This document shows, piece after piece, positions 1 through 13,028 of a stretch of DNA of 64,000 nucleotides (within the stretch, counting starts at the first letter, position 1; each line of letters begins with the position of its first letter). This stretch comes from Mobula hypostoma (Eukaryota). The stretch is taken from NCBI RefSeq assembly GCF_963921235.1, contig NC_086106.1, positions 24,180,001-24,244,000 on the forward strand, written 5' to 3'. The notes below the pieces were generated by a model, which was given only the letters and a program-made list of their open reading frames with translations, searched no databases and had not been told where the DNA came from. Both the position numbers and the translations under genes were made by a program.

Positions 1-2708
1 TCAGTCCCTTGCAAGGGTGGGAGGCTGGGCATAGAATCAGGAGAAGTAGAGTCAGTGTGGATAGAACTGAGGAACAGTAAGGGCAAAAAGACCCTAATTG
101 ATGTTATCTACAGGCCCCCAAACAGTAGCATGGATATTCGGTGCAAGTTCAATAGGGAGTTAACAATGCCATGTGGCAAAGGAAATGTCGCAGCGGTTAT
201 GGGGGATTTCAACGTGCAGGTGAACTGGGAAATTCAGGTTGGTACTGGACCCCAGAATAGGGAGTTTGTAGAGTGCCTACGGGATGCATTTTTGGACCAG
301 CTTGTACGAGAGCCGACCAGGGGTAAGGCTATTCTGGATTTAGTGTTGTGCAATGGACAGGATTTGATAAGTGATCTTGAAGTAAAGGAGCCACTAGGAG
401 GTAGTGAGCATAATACGATAAGTTTTTATCTGCAAGTTGAGAGGGTTAAGGCCAGATCAGAAGTTTCAGTATTGCAGTTGAACAAAGGAGACCATGGAGC
501 CATGAGGGAGGAGCTGACCAAAGTTGTCTGGTCGGATGTCCTAGCAGAAAAGACAGTGGAACATCAATGGCAGGTATTCTTGCGAATAATGCACAAGGTG
601 CAAAATCAATTCATCTCCCGGAGAAGGAAGGATTCAAAGGGGGGAAAGTGGCCACAGCGGTTGACAAAGGAAGTCAGAGATAGCATAGCATTAAATAAAG
701 ATGTATAGCAGAGCTAAGGTGAGTGGGAAGACGGATGATTGGGAAATTTTAAGGAGCAACAGAACTTAACTATAAAGGTTATACAGGGAGAGAAAATGAG
801 GTATGAACGCAAGCTAGCTAGGAATATAAAGGAAGATAGCAAAATTGTTTTTAGGTATGTGAAGAAAAATAAGATAGTTAAGAACAGTAACCCTTGAAAC
901 CCTGGGCCCTTGAAAAAATGAATTGGGAGAAATTGTTATGGAAAACAGAGAAATGGCAGAAGAATTTAATAAGTACTTTGGATCTGTTTTCACTAGGAAA
1001 GACGCAAGCAATCTCTCAGATGTATGGATGGGCCAAGGATATAGAGTAACAGAGGAACTGAAACTTATTGACATTAGGAAGGAAACAGTGATGAGTAGAC
1101 TGATGTGACTGAAGGCTAACAAATTACAAGGTCCAGATGGTCTGCATCCTCGGGTACAAAAGGAAGTGGCTCTGGAAATTGCGGATGCATTGGTGATCAT
1201 TTTCCCATGTTCCTTAGATTCAGGATCAATTCCTGAGGATTGGCGAATGACAAATGTTATCCCAGTTTTTAAGAAAGGAGGGAGGGAGAAAACAGAGAAC
1301 TTTTGCCCTGTTAACCTAACATCAGTAGTGCGGAAGATGATAGAGTTCATTATCAAAGATGAAATAACGGCATATCTTGATAGCAGTGATAGGACTGGGC
1401 CGAGCCAGTAAGGATTTACCAAGGGCAAATCCTGCTTGACTAATCCATTGCAGTTTTTTGAGGATGTAACCAGGAAGATAGACACGGGACATCCAGTGGA
1501 TGTGGTGTACCTTGCCTTTCAGAAGGCATTTGATAAGGTACCACATAGGAGATTGGTGGGTAAAATCTGAGCTCATGACATTGTGGGGAGGATATTGACA
1601 TGGATGGAAAACTGGTTGGCTGATAGAAAGCAAAGGGCAGCAGTGAATGGGTGTTTCTCGGAATGGCAGGTGGTCACTAGTGGGGTGTCACAGGGCTCGG
1701 TATTGAGACCACAGCTGTTTACGACTTACGTCAATGATTTAGAGGAAGGCATTGTGAATAACATCAGCAGGTTTGCTGATGATACTAAGCTGCGTGGTAG
1801 TGTGACATGTGATGAGGATGTTAGGATAATTCAAGGTGACTTGGATAGACTGGGTGAGTGGGCAGAAACTTGGCAGGTGGCGTTTAATGTGAATAAGTGT
1901 GAGGTTATTCACTTTGGGAGCAAGAACAGGAAGGTAGATTATTATCTGAACGGTGTGGAGTTAGGTAAGGTAGAAATACAAAGCGGTCTAGGAGTACTTA
2001 TTCATCAGTCTCTGAAGTGAATGAGCAAGTGCAGTAGGCAGTGAAGAAGGCTAATGGAATTTTGGCCTTTATTACAAAGGAAATTGAGTACAGGAGCAAT
2101 GAAATCGTTTTGCATTTGTACAGGGCCCTGGTGAGACCACACCTGGAGTATTATGTGCAGTTTTGCTCTCCAGGGTTAAGGAAGGGCATCCTAGGTGTGG
2201 AGGAGGTGCAGCGTAGGTTCACTCGGTTCATTCCTGGGATGTCCGGACTGTCTTACGCAGAGAGGTTAGAGAGATTGGGCTTGTACACGCTAGAAATAAG
2301 GAGATTGAGGGGGGATCTGATTGAGACAAAGAATATTATTAAGGGATTGGACAAGATAGAGGCAGGCAATATGTTCCAGATGCTGGGAGAGTCTAGTACC
2401 AGAGGGCATGGTTTAAAAATAAGGGGTAGGTCATTTAGGACAGAGTTGAGTAGGAACTTCTTCTCTCAGAGAGTTGTGGAGGTGTGGAACGCGCTGCCTC
2501 AGAAGGCAGTGGAGGCCAATTCTCTGGATGCTTTCACGAAAGAACTAGATATGTATCTTATGGATAGGGGAATCAAGGGTTATGGGGACAAGGCAGGAAC
2601 CGGGTATCAATAGTAGATGATCAGCCATGATCTCTGAATGGCGGTGCAGGCTCTCAGGGTAGAATGGTCTACCTCTGCACCCATTGTCTATTGTCTATTG
2701 TCTATTGT
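1..2708 (+). mobile_element. CR1 LINE ORF2 (endonuclease C-terminal part plus RT), decayed, cut by the window start
   Basis: ORF fragments read VIYRPPNS...VMGDFN (APE endonuclease), GVSQGSVLRP and RFADDTKL (RT), and RPHLEY.VQF.SP (CR1 C-terminus). Many stops and frameshifts. (ATTGTCT)n tail at 2683-2708. Confidence 0.93.
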
Positions 2709-2734
2709 AATGGACTGGTTGGGCACAGCAGTAC

Positions 2735-2982
2735 ATTCAGCCAGAGACTCATTCCACCGAGATGCAACACTGACCGTCATAGGAACTCATCCCTTCCTGT
2801 GGCCATCAAACTTTACAGATCCTCCCTTGGAGGGTCAGTCACCCTGAGCCAATAGGCTGGTCTTGTATTTATTTCCTCGCATAATTTACATATTACTTTT
2901 TAATTATTTATGGTGCAACTGTAACGAAAACCAATTTCCCTCGGGATCAATACAGTATGACTATGACTATGACTATGACTAT
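2735..2982 (+). mobile_element. 3' end fragment of a Rex1/Babar-like LINE
   Basis: Ends in a (TATGAC)4 tail at about 2956-2982, preceded by a typical LINE 3' coding end (ccaccgagatgcaacactga...ctgtggccatcaaacttta). Clade assignment is from recognition only. Confidence 0.5.
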
Positions 2983-3601
2983 TAATGGGGTCGGAATAGA
3001 AAAGGTGAATACTGTTTTCACACAGTTAATGTTTACAGTCCGTGACGTTCGATGGAAGGGATGGTGGAGCCAAAGAAACTGACAATATTTCAGGCTCACC
3101 TGGACGTAAAACGCTGTGGGATTATGCCGAACAGATTGGAAGGTGCTGGCCAGTTTTAGCATTGATGCATACGTGGTTATTGGTATAAAGATGTTGGAAC
3201 GAAGGTCCTTCTTATATTCTGTATAATTCTGCGAATCACTTGTTCAAAAAACAAACCTACCAAAGCACGAACAATATTTGAAAGAGAGTTTTCAAATCTC
3301 TCAAATCTTCCAAATCTTTGGCTACCCAAATAGAACGCAGCAAACCTTTCCTTCCTGGCAGTGGTTATGGAACTATTGGTTTTGTTTGAGTTTCCCAGCA
3401 CATCTGGGACTCAACGGTATTCACTCTCACTTTGACATTCAACAGCTACACACATCTGAATTTAGAAACCCGCGAATGGCCAAAAGGTAGGCGCTCGACT
3501 TAGATATAATGAAAGAATGTTTGCAGCATTACTTGCTTTTCTAAACCGGAGTGTCATTCGATGAAAGTACGATAGCATATGGATTATATGAAATTGAACA
3601 T

Positions 3602-3787
3602 TGTGGTGAACATTCGCTCCATGATGACAGGCACGAAAAAAAACGCCTTTACATCAAATTACTTTCTTAATGAAACAAACCACAAAAACTGACCGGAGTG
3701 CCATGTCCCGAGGAGTAAACACAGGCAGTCAGTTACCAGGGAAGGGGGAAGGAGGACTGGAAGTGATTATTGCAAACCCTATTTACA
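3602..3787 (-). repeat. Candidate 3' LTR of the Gypsy element (diverged)
   Basis: Colinear with 9962-10115: tgtggtgaacatt vs tgtggcgaacgtt; acgaaaaaaaacgcctttac vs gagaaaaaaaaaacgcttttat; gtgattattgcaaaccctatttaca vs gtgattattgcacacccccgttaca. No clear PPT or TSD. Confidence 0.55.
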
Positions 3788-4258
3788 GTCAGGACAATCG
3801 CCAGAAATACAAACGAACAACTGTATAACACGATAAATAAGCGTGGAAACCCCATCATATCCCACCAAAGTAAACATAATTGTTTTTTTTAATATAAAAG
3901 AACAATAAATAGTGTTAGACACGAAGAATGCAGGGGCCGGCTGTTGCCCACTCTCCTGGAGTGCCGCGTTCCTCCACCTGGGTTCAACCGTCCACAGCAA
4001 CCGACCGTGCATAATAATATCCAATAATCCCGGTGGTTGCTGACGCTGCCGCCTTGGGCGCTGGGATCTCTGGAGCCCCCCGTGGGAGGTAGTGTTTGGT
4101 AAAACAAGAGGCAGGGTACATGGAACGTTTAATCTTCTTTTAGACTGCTGGGACGATGGTGGCCAAGGTCATCGCGGATCAACACGTATGTCTTCCGCCG
4201 CTAAGTCAACCGTAAAGTAAACCAAGTAAAGCCAAGTCCTGTACACGCCTGGAGGCAT

Positions 4259-6503
4259 CATAGAAACCATAGAAACTACAGCACAGAAACAGGCCTTTTG
4301 GCCCTTCTTGTCTGTGCCGAACCATTTTTTGCCTAGTCCCACTGACCTGCACACGGACCATATCCCTCCATACACCTCCCATCCATGTATTTGTCCAATT
4401 TATTCTTAAATGTTAAAAAAGAAACCGCATTTACGACCTCATCTGGCAGCTCATTCCATACTTCCACCATTCTCTGTGTGAAGAAGCCCCCCCTAATGTT
4501 CCCTTTAAACTTTCCCCCTCTCACCCTTAACCCATGTCCTCTGTTTTCATTTTTCTCCCCTTGCCTCAGTGGAAAAAAACGTGCTTGCATTCACACTATC
4601 TAAACCCATCATAATTGTATATACCTCTATCAAATCTCCCCTCTTTCTTCTACGCTCCAGGGAATAAAGTCCTAACCTATTCAAACCTTTTCAGTAACTG
4701 CGTTTCTCAAGTCCCGGCAACATCCTTGTAAACCTTCTCTTCACTCTTGCAACCTTATTTATATCCTTCCTGTAATTTGATGACCAAAACTGAACACAAT
4801 ACTCCAGATTCGGCCTCACCAATGCCTTATACAACCTCATCATAACATTCCAGCTCTTATACTCAATACTTTGACTACTAAAGCCCAATGTACCAAAAGC
4901 TCTCTTTACGACCTTATCTACCTGTGACGACACATTTAGGGATTTTTTTTATCTGTATTCCCAGATCCCTCTGTTCTACTCCACTCCTCAGTGCCTTGCC
5001 ATTAACCCTGTATGTTCTACCTTGGTTTGTCCTTCCAACGTGCAATACCTCACACTTGTCAGTATGAAACTCCATCTGCCATTTTTCAGCCCATTTTTCC
5101 AGCTGGTCCAAGTCCCTCTGCAGGCTCTGAAAACCTTCCTCACTGTCTACCACACCTCCAATCTTTGTATCATCAGCAAACTTGCTGATCCAATTTACCA
5201 CATTATCATCCAGATCATTGATATAGATGACAAATAACAATGGATCCAGCACTGATCCCTGTGGCACACCACTAGTCACAGGCCTCCACTCAGAGAAGCA
5301 ATTCTCCACCACCAGTCTCTGGCTTCTTCCATCGAGCCAATGTCTAATCCAATTTACCACCTCTCCATGTATACCTAGCGACTAAATTTTCCGAACTAAC
5401 CTCCCATGCGGGACCTTGTCAAAAGCCTTACTGAAGTCCATGTAGACTATATCCACTGCATTCCCTTCATCCACTTTCCTGTTAACCTTCTCGAAAAACT
5501 CCAATAGATTGGTCAAACATGACCCACCACGCACAAAGCCATGTTGACTCTCCCTAATAAGTCCCTGTCTATCCAAATGCTTGTAGATTCTGTCTCTTAG
5601 TACTCCCCCCGATAACTTACCTATTACCGACGTTAAACTTTCTGGCCTATAATTTCCCGGATTATTTTTCGATCCTTTTTTTAAACAACGGAACAACATG
5701 AGCCACTCTCCAGTCCTCCGGCACCTCACTTGTAGACAGCGACATTTTAAATATTTCAGCCAGGGCCCCTGCAATTTCAACACTAATCTCATGCAAGGTC
5801 CAAGGGAACACCCTGTCAGGTCCCGGGGATTTATCCATTTTAATTTTCCTCAAGACAGCAAGGACCTCCTCCTTTTCGATCTGTACAGTTTCCATGATCT
5901 CACTACTTGTTTTCCTTAATTCCATCGACTTCATGCCAGTTTCCTTAGTAAATACAGACGCAAAAAAAAACTATTTAAGATCTTCCCCATTTCATTTGGT
6001 TCCGCACATAGCCGACAACTCTGATCTTCAAGAGGACCAATTTTATTGCTTACAATCCTTTTTCTCCTAGTATACCTGTAAAAGCTGTTTGGATTATCCT
6101 TCACTTTGACTTCCAAGGCAACCTCATGTCTTCTTTTAGCTCTCCTGATTTCTTTCTTAAGTATTTTCTTGCACATCTTATACTTCTCAAGCACCTTATT
6201 TACTCCCTGCTTCCTGTACACGTCATACAACTCCCTCTTCTTCTTTATCAGAGTTGAAATATCCCTTGAGAACCAAGGTTCCTTGTTCCTATTCACCTTG
6301 CCTTTAATCCTGACAGGAACATACAAATTCTGCACTCTCGAAATCTCTGCTTTCAAGGCCTCCGACCTACCGATCACATCCATGCCAGAGAACAACCTGT
6401 CCCAATCCACGCTTTTTAGATCCTTTCTCATTTCTTCAAATTTGGCCTACTTCCAGTTAAGAACCTCAACCCTAGGACCAGATCTATCCTTGTCCATGAT
6501 CAT
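4259..6503 (-). mobile_element. 5'-truncated CR1 LINE inserted in the Gypsy integrase
   Basis: ORFs 5382-5792, 4914-5360 and 4691-4933 give CR1 RT motifs (YMDFSKAFDKVPH, GVPQGSVL, KFADDTK). Tail repeat (CATAGAAAC)2 on + at 4259-4276. Confidence 0.93.
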
Positions 6504-9500
6504 CATCTCTGACTACGCAGAATGTGGGCGCATCATCAGATCCTCCAGCCTCTGCACTCCACACCCGACCATATGCAAAATCTCTGTATACCCCATGCTT
6601 TCTTGAACTGCTGTCCAGTATGCCCACGGTATTAAGGTTTTATTAGTGATCGCAATCGTGCTGATGCCGGAAAGCGACGAGAGCAAGCGTCGTAGCCAGG
6701 ATGTGGTTAATTAAACCCAGCAGCCCATCACATTGTGAGGGAGTGGGGTGGTCCGCTTATTGGTGTTTCCCAGCTGCCTGCAGTCCTCAATAAACATATA
6801 AGCGTCAAAACTGCGCCCCGGGTCAATGTGGAGTTTGTCAGGGTCGCCGAGGAACTCCTCTGCCAGTCTCTCAGTGCTGGTGCTCTTCGCCAACGCGTCT
6901 AACCTCTTCGTGAATTAATGAAAAACCACGACAACATAGTGTTTCACAGAGTTAGAATATGGGAAGGGGCCAACGATGCCTGCCTCTGCATGCTGCTCTG
7001 GGACCCCCACGAAGCACTGCTATATTAACAAATAGGACCGGCGGCCAGGCCCGTTTTGAGATGTGCCAGATTCGCAGCAGTGCACGAAATGCCTACACCC
7101 ATATCAATAGGAGAGCTCTCTCAGCCTGCCGAACGTCTTTGGAGATCAGAAATGGCCAGTCCCTCCCAACCTGCGCACCGAACTCTGCACAGTGGAGCTG
7201 ACCTCCTGTGAACCACACGCCGCAGGCGATGACTGTCATCACCTGGAAGAATAACTCACTGTGCATCAGCAACGTGTCGCAGAGACAGGACGGAGCTTTA
7301 GGTTCTGGAAGCAAGCGGAGACCTGTTTCCAGACCGGTCACCATCCCATTGTTAGCCATATGTTCACATTGGCCGGCACGGGATTAATTGTCTGCACCTT
7401 CGCAGCTGCGGGAGATCCATAGTGAGTAGATCGCTGCCGGTTGTTACAGTAAGGAGCGCTAAAGCGTCCTGAACGTGGCTCCGCTGGCCTCATAGGAACG
7501 GGTGTCAGCGTTGTCGTGATGATTTCAAGTGCCGGGTTACATGTCTAAAGCGTCGTTCCAGTGAACTTCCAATAGACGGCACCAGCTGGCCAACTGGGCA
7601 GCGGAACCTCAACTGCCAAATAGCGACGCAAACTCCGTGCTGAGCAGGAATCGTCGACCACAGTGTTAGGGACGGGTCGAAGAGATCTTGGACCACGGTC
7701 AACATCTTTCCGCGTGTGACACAACCGTTCCGCTCATTGTAACTGATGCACTGCACAGCATGTTCGTGTTTGCCCCGTTCCTGTCACAGCATTTTGCCGA
7801 TCACGCCATTGCTGGCGTCTGCGTCAGCAATAATAGGGGCGTGTTGGATCAGGTACCCTAACTCCAGGACCGCAGTGAACGCAGTTCGGAGCTGGTCAAA
7901 GGAGGCAGCGCAGTTGTTAGTACAGGAGAAGAGACACCCCTTCTCTCTGAGCTAGTGCAGGGTACTAGATAAGAGGCTAAGTACCTAATAAACGGGCAAA
8001 ATATGATAGCAGACCCCAGAAATATGCGATTTTCGGAACCGTCGACACTCCTTCCGCACTGAACCTATGCCCCGAGAACATTGTCTGGTGGCACAGCAGG
8101 CTGTATTGTTCGGGATTGAGGCACAGGTTCACCTGTGGGATGGCGTTAAAGACCTTCTCTGATTTATGTAGGACAACATATGAAACGACGGACAGCACGG
8201 AGAGAACATCCAAATGATGACACATGGACTCCGTGAAATGTCAGTCAGCATTCTGTCCAGAATTCTCCTGAATGTAGTCGAGACGTTAGATGGCCATGCG
8301 GCATTGCTTCATCAGTGGTGATGGCAGTCCAGGTTTGGACCCTACGAGCCAGTTCACCTGCCAGTAGTCACTGCGTAGATCAAAAAAGCTGAACTAGACC
8401 GAACATGCCATGCAGTCCAAATTGAAGTTGAATTCGTGGCAATGGACGGAGCCCTTCTGGGTCATGCACGACCTGTCTTTCGTCCTCCTCAACCTCGCTG
8501 GGGCTGTCCAAGGGCTGTGAAATGATTCGGTGATGCTAGTCTCTGCCATTTCATCAATCTACTGGCCCCGTGCCTGGCTGTTGGCGAGGGCCAGGCGCTG
8601 GGCATGCTCTTGGACAAACCACGTGCGTCTGCAATCCTCGAATTTGGCTGCGAAGATGTCGAGATGGTCGACCTGAACAACGCTTCCACTGCTCCTCTCT
8701 CGCAGCCCTAGCACAGATTGACACTGTCGCTCGAAGACCCCGCAGTAGTACTACCTATGTCGTCCTGATGCGCATAAAAGATTACTGATGAAAGGCGCAA
8801 TGTGGTCTGCGTGGGTGACCGGTGGTGGTTGTTTCAGCACCGGCTTTGTCCACTTCCTGGAAATGCCATGCGGGATAATCATAGATTCAGCGCTAAGATC
8901 GAGTGTTTTTTTTTCCTTAAACGAGACCACAACGAGTCAACATGTGCAGGTCAATGAAACAAGTGTCCTGTATACCACACCTCGTGCTTCACTGTGTTTT
9001 CCCCAATGCGTTGCGTAGCCACCTCTTCCTTCTCATCGCCGCACAGTCGGCTGTGACGGGAGATAACTGGTCCCTGTCTTGGAGGACATCCCAACAGAAG
9101 ATGGTGATGGTTGACCTTGTGTCCACCAATGAATGCTATCAGATGCCTTGAACCACGCATTCCATTAATCCGACTTGCATTTCACCCAAAAGCTCCAAGC
9201 GGGGAGCCAATAAGGGAGATATTTTGTAGCGGTCTTGGCCGACGTTGGATCGACCTGAGCAGCTAAAATTGCTACAATCCCACCGACTCTGCCAGGACCA
9301 CTGCCAGATATGATTGTGATGTCAGAGGAATGTGCTGTCACAGACCCTCCAGCATCGGCGTCTTCAAATAAGAGTGGAGGGAATGCTGTTCCAGGAACGC
9401 AGGAGGGCATTGTGGTAGCCAGGCCTAGCACAGAAGAGGATATCTGCTGCAAACTCCATCCACCCTCCGCCCCTCAGCCGGCTTCTCTCAAACCTCAACC

Positions 9501-9961
9501 CCCCACTCCGGAACGACCTGTTTACAAGTTTCACGCTCAACGTTTCCCCGATGGGCACTGATCGAAACGTTTTCCAGCGCCACACAGAAGTCCCTGTAGC
9601 TACGCTGCTCATATGGCCTTAGACTAAGAACGGCCATTGAGGACAACACTTCCACCTCCAAAGCAAGTTAGTGCTCCGGCTGTTACTCCCTGTGGCAAGT
9701 TAGCTTGCATCTGGTGAAGAACAGGGGAACGGATTGTATTGTATCAATGGAGATTCACGGTGGACATTGTTGAGTCTATTACTTGGGCCCGTTGGTCCTA
9801 CTCTTTATACCATTGCGTTGGTTCTCCATGCCGCGTTGCCTGTCCGCTCATGACTGTGGCGTTGTGTGCTCTTTGTGAGAGCTGCGAAAGCTTCCGTGGA
9901 TGTTAAAGAGCACCATCCTAAGTCCTATCTCTTCAGTTTGAGATCCCACTAGCGAAACCAA

Positions 9962-10115
9962 TGTGGCGAACGTTGGGCATGTTAACAGACGAGAAAAAAA
10001 AAACGCTTTTATCTCAACTAGCGATTTTATTGCAACAAGTACAAAAAAGTCCGGACGCTATGAGTCCGCAGTCATATACAGACGAAGTAGGTGATTATTG
10101 CACACCCCCGTTACA
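9962..10115 (-). repeat. 5' LTR of the Gypsy element
   Basis: TGT...ACA termini, AATAAA on the minus strand, adjacent PBS-like motif, and alignment by eye to 3602-3787. Confidence 0.65.
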
Positions 10116-11482
10116 ATCAAGGAGACACACAAACACACAAGCGATAACAGTGCAACACAAGCGAAAATATAATACGAAATGAGCTTGAACATCTCAGTAT
10201 CATCTCATAAATGCATTTGAAAGCAACGGCAATAAATAGTGCCGTCCACTAGGAATGCTTCTGCGCCTGTCGATCAATCCCTCGGAGCGCCACAATATCA
10301 TTTGGACTGAGAATGGCCTACAACTGCCTAACTAAGCCGAATGACTAAGTAAGGATGAAGACTTGCTTGATGAAATAATGAATAAGCTACAGACGGAGCA
10401 ATAAATATTCACATGATGTTAACGGATGTAAAGAAACGGGAGTCAATTAGAAGTGCAAATAGGTAGACACTTGTTTTTTTGTATTGAAAAAAAAACGGAT
10501 GATCATATTGAGCGTTATAAAATCCTGCAGTTATAGTTACAATTAGATGATCATAGTCTTTTCCCAAGGATACAAGTGTACACATATTAATCATAGGGAG
10601 AGGAATGAGGTTAAGTGGGAACACGGACCGTAAGTAAGATTGGGCATGGACCTGATCCTTAAAAGTTTTAAATCCCGACAACTGCAACCGACGTTAATAC
10701 ACATGTGGCGAACTAGGCGAAGGTTTAAGTCGATGAACGGTGAATACAAAATGCTCTGTACGCGCAGGTTGGAATCACGCACTCGTCTGTAAAATTTAAA
10801 ATCTCGCTGCTATTTCTCTTTTTTTTAAACAAATCAGAATTGAGTTATATGTACGGGAACTCAAAGTGTGGCAGATGGTGGAAGTATCGAAATGCTGAAA
10901 ACTCTCATAATCACATGTAAGTTAGAGAGGAGTGCTGTGAAATATAAAGACCTAAATATTTGTTCCGAAAATATTAACTAAACGTTAAAATGTCATTCCA
11001 GCATTTTAAATTCGAATTTAAGATATTTGGATGTCTGAAGCATACACTGTATTGCATAACGAGTTGAATATATATATATAAGACCTGACATAGATGCAAG
11101 AAATTACAGAGACTGCAACTGGCATCAAATCTCTGTTCACAAAACTCAGGAAGACGAGTTGCATTTCCACGATGAGAGAAAAGGTCGGCTTTGCCAGTAA
11201 AAAAAAAATGTGTTCCACGGCTGGGTTCAAGGAACCAATAGTGAAGTCAAAGTCAGATTGTGAGATGATCTGAAGATATTGGATGGAATAATGAGGGATG
11301 AAGAACCACTGACAGTTGCATCTACTTTGGTATGTGAAGGGCTAGAATTGGAAGTTTGGAAGTTCAGGGCAGATGGAAGATCGATTAGAAATGACAGATG
11401 AAGGAGAGACAGATCGGGTAATAGTCAGACGGAGTGGCGTCTGAAATTGTCCGTAAGTGATGTACAGTGATAATCAGGCCCC

Positions 11483-11610
11483 CTCCAGCTTTCAAATCCC
11501 TTACTCACTCTTCCTTCAGTTAGTCCTGACGAAGGGTCTCGGCCTGAAACGTCGACTGCGCCTCTTCCTATAGAGGCTGCCTGGCCTGCTGCGTTCACCA
11601 GCAACTTTGA
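11483..11610 (+). mobile_element. Short interspersed repeat fragment (Penelope-like terminus); second copy in reverse orientation at 41930-42008
   Basis: ctgacgaagggtctcggcctgaaacgtcgac...ctggcctgctgcgttcaccagcaactttgatgt; the reverse complement of the last part occurs near 41975-42005. Family label is from recall. Confidence 0.45.
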
Positions 11611-12136
11611 TGTATGTTGGTTGATACATTGTTTTAAGTTTTTTTGGCAGAAGGTACACGGGAGCTTTTGAGGGAAGCTTTTCTCATAGGGATTGGTAGC
11701 GGAATGGAATACAATTCCAGCCAGGGTGGTCGAGGTATACACAATATACTATTTGTTTTTTTTTTCAGAGAAGATTAGAAAGGTACATGGAATTAAGAAA
11801 AGTCGAGAGCTATGCGGTAGGGAAATGCTAGGGAATTTCCAGAATAGATTACATGGTTGGCACAATATTTCGCACCGAAAGGCCCATAACGTGTTGTTGA
11901 TTTATATATTCTATTATCTGATACTGTTGCATGTGCAGAGTAGTAATTCAGATGAAAGTTGTTGTGTTTTTTTTTATTTTCCGGAGATGTGGCTGAGCAC
12001 AATTGGAGATACATTCAGTAGGTACATACAGTAAAAAAGCTATTACATCTCGACAGAGTTTTGCTTTCTTAAATCCATAAGACATAACGGCAGAATTAGG
12101 TGACTTTGCGTTTCGGAACTGATCCGTCATACCACG

Positions 12137-12182
12137 ATGGCTGGTTTATAATTCTCTCAGCTTTTTCTGCTGCCTACTCTAG
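12137..12182 (+). pseudogene. Candidate orphan V leader exon with an in-frame stop
   Basis: ATG...CTAG|GTAAAC, 46 nt and phase 1 like the V1 leader. Reads MAGL*FSQLFLLPTL(G). No V exon found downstream. Confidence 0.25.
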
Positions 12183-13028
12183 GTAAACATTGTGGGTATT
12201 ACTAATAATTAATAATAAATAAATAAATAAACTTTTGCTTAAATAATGGATGCACAAGGAACTGGCCTCAGAGCCGCCCGTGGCAAAGAATTCCAACAGA
12301 TTGATCACCATGCAGCGAAAGAAAGGCTATCTAATATATGTTCTAAATGGACGTCCTTGTATTTTGAGACTGTACCCACTATATGAAACATCCGTCTACA
12401 CACCCTTTCTCTGGGCTATTGAATTACATGGAATTCCACGGTATCCCACCTATGTTTTCTGAACTCCAGCGATTCGGGCCCTGATCCCTCAAGTACTGCT
12501 CGTAGATTAACTGACACATTGCCGGAATCACACTCCTGTACGTTTTCCTGAACTTCTCTAATTGCAGCTCATGCATGATTTGAAAAAAAGGTCTAAAACT
12601 GCTCACATAACTCCAGGTACGGTCTGACAGAAGCCTTATGAAGTGTCGTCCTTCCGAAATGAATGCTAATATAGCACTTGTATTCCCCAATGCAGACTCA
12701 ATCCTTTTGTTTTCTCTCTGCAGTATAACGAGAATGTTCACATTTCTGCAGACACAGCGAAGAGTGTTTGGAATAATGGCATCACCAACTGGCAGGGAGG
12801 CACCAATTTACAGGATGCGAAAAGATGGAGAGAGCTGTTGACACAGGCAACTACATCATGGATATGGTGGTGGCAGTTAATCGTGTTATTCCTATGCCAC
12901 ACATTAGTCAATCCCACATGGAGCTGCTCACATACTGCACAGGCATTTCTATGAATGAAAGTCATTTGCGTGTCCTATGTGCTGGTGACCTGGTGAACGT
13001 GCAACTACCCCTAACGACAAACGCAACA

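Larger units (their letters stand above)
3602..10115 (-). mobile_element. Decayed Ty3/Gypsy LTR retrotransposon (gag-PR-RT-RH-IN), interrupted by a CR1
   Basis: Minus-strand remnants: RT (PLPRI...DLRSDYWQV, about 8340-8470), RNase H region (about 7500-7800), integrase core (KLHIDPGRSFD...RTTPLPH, 6711-6893; AYWTAVQES, about 6600) and integrase C-terminus (VY..RL..RRKTYVLIRDDL.HHRP, about 4150-4250). PBS-like TGGTTTCGCTAGTGGGATC lies just inside the 5' LTR. Confidence 0.85.

Noticed and set aside
814-1485. Long antisense ORFs over CR1 copies (also 48896-49510 and 6106-6606)
   Set aside because: They are shadow frames of LINE ORF2 with no independent coding signal.
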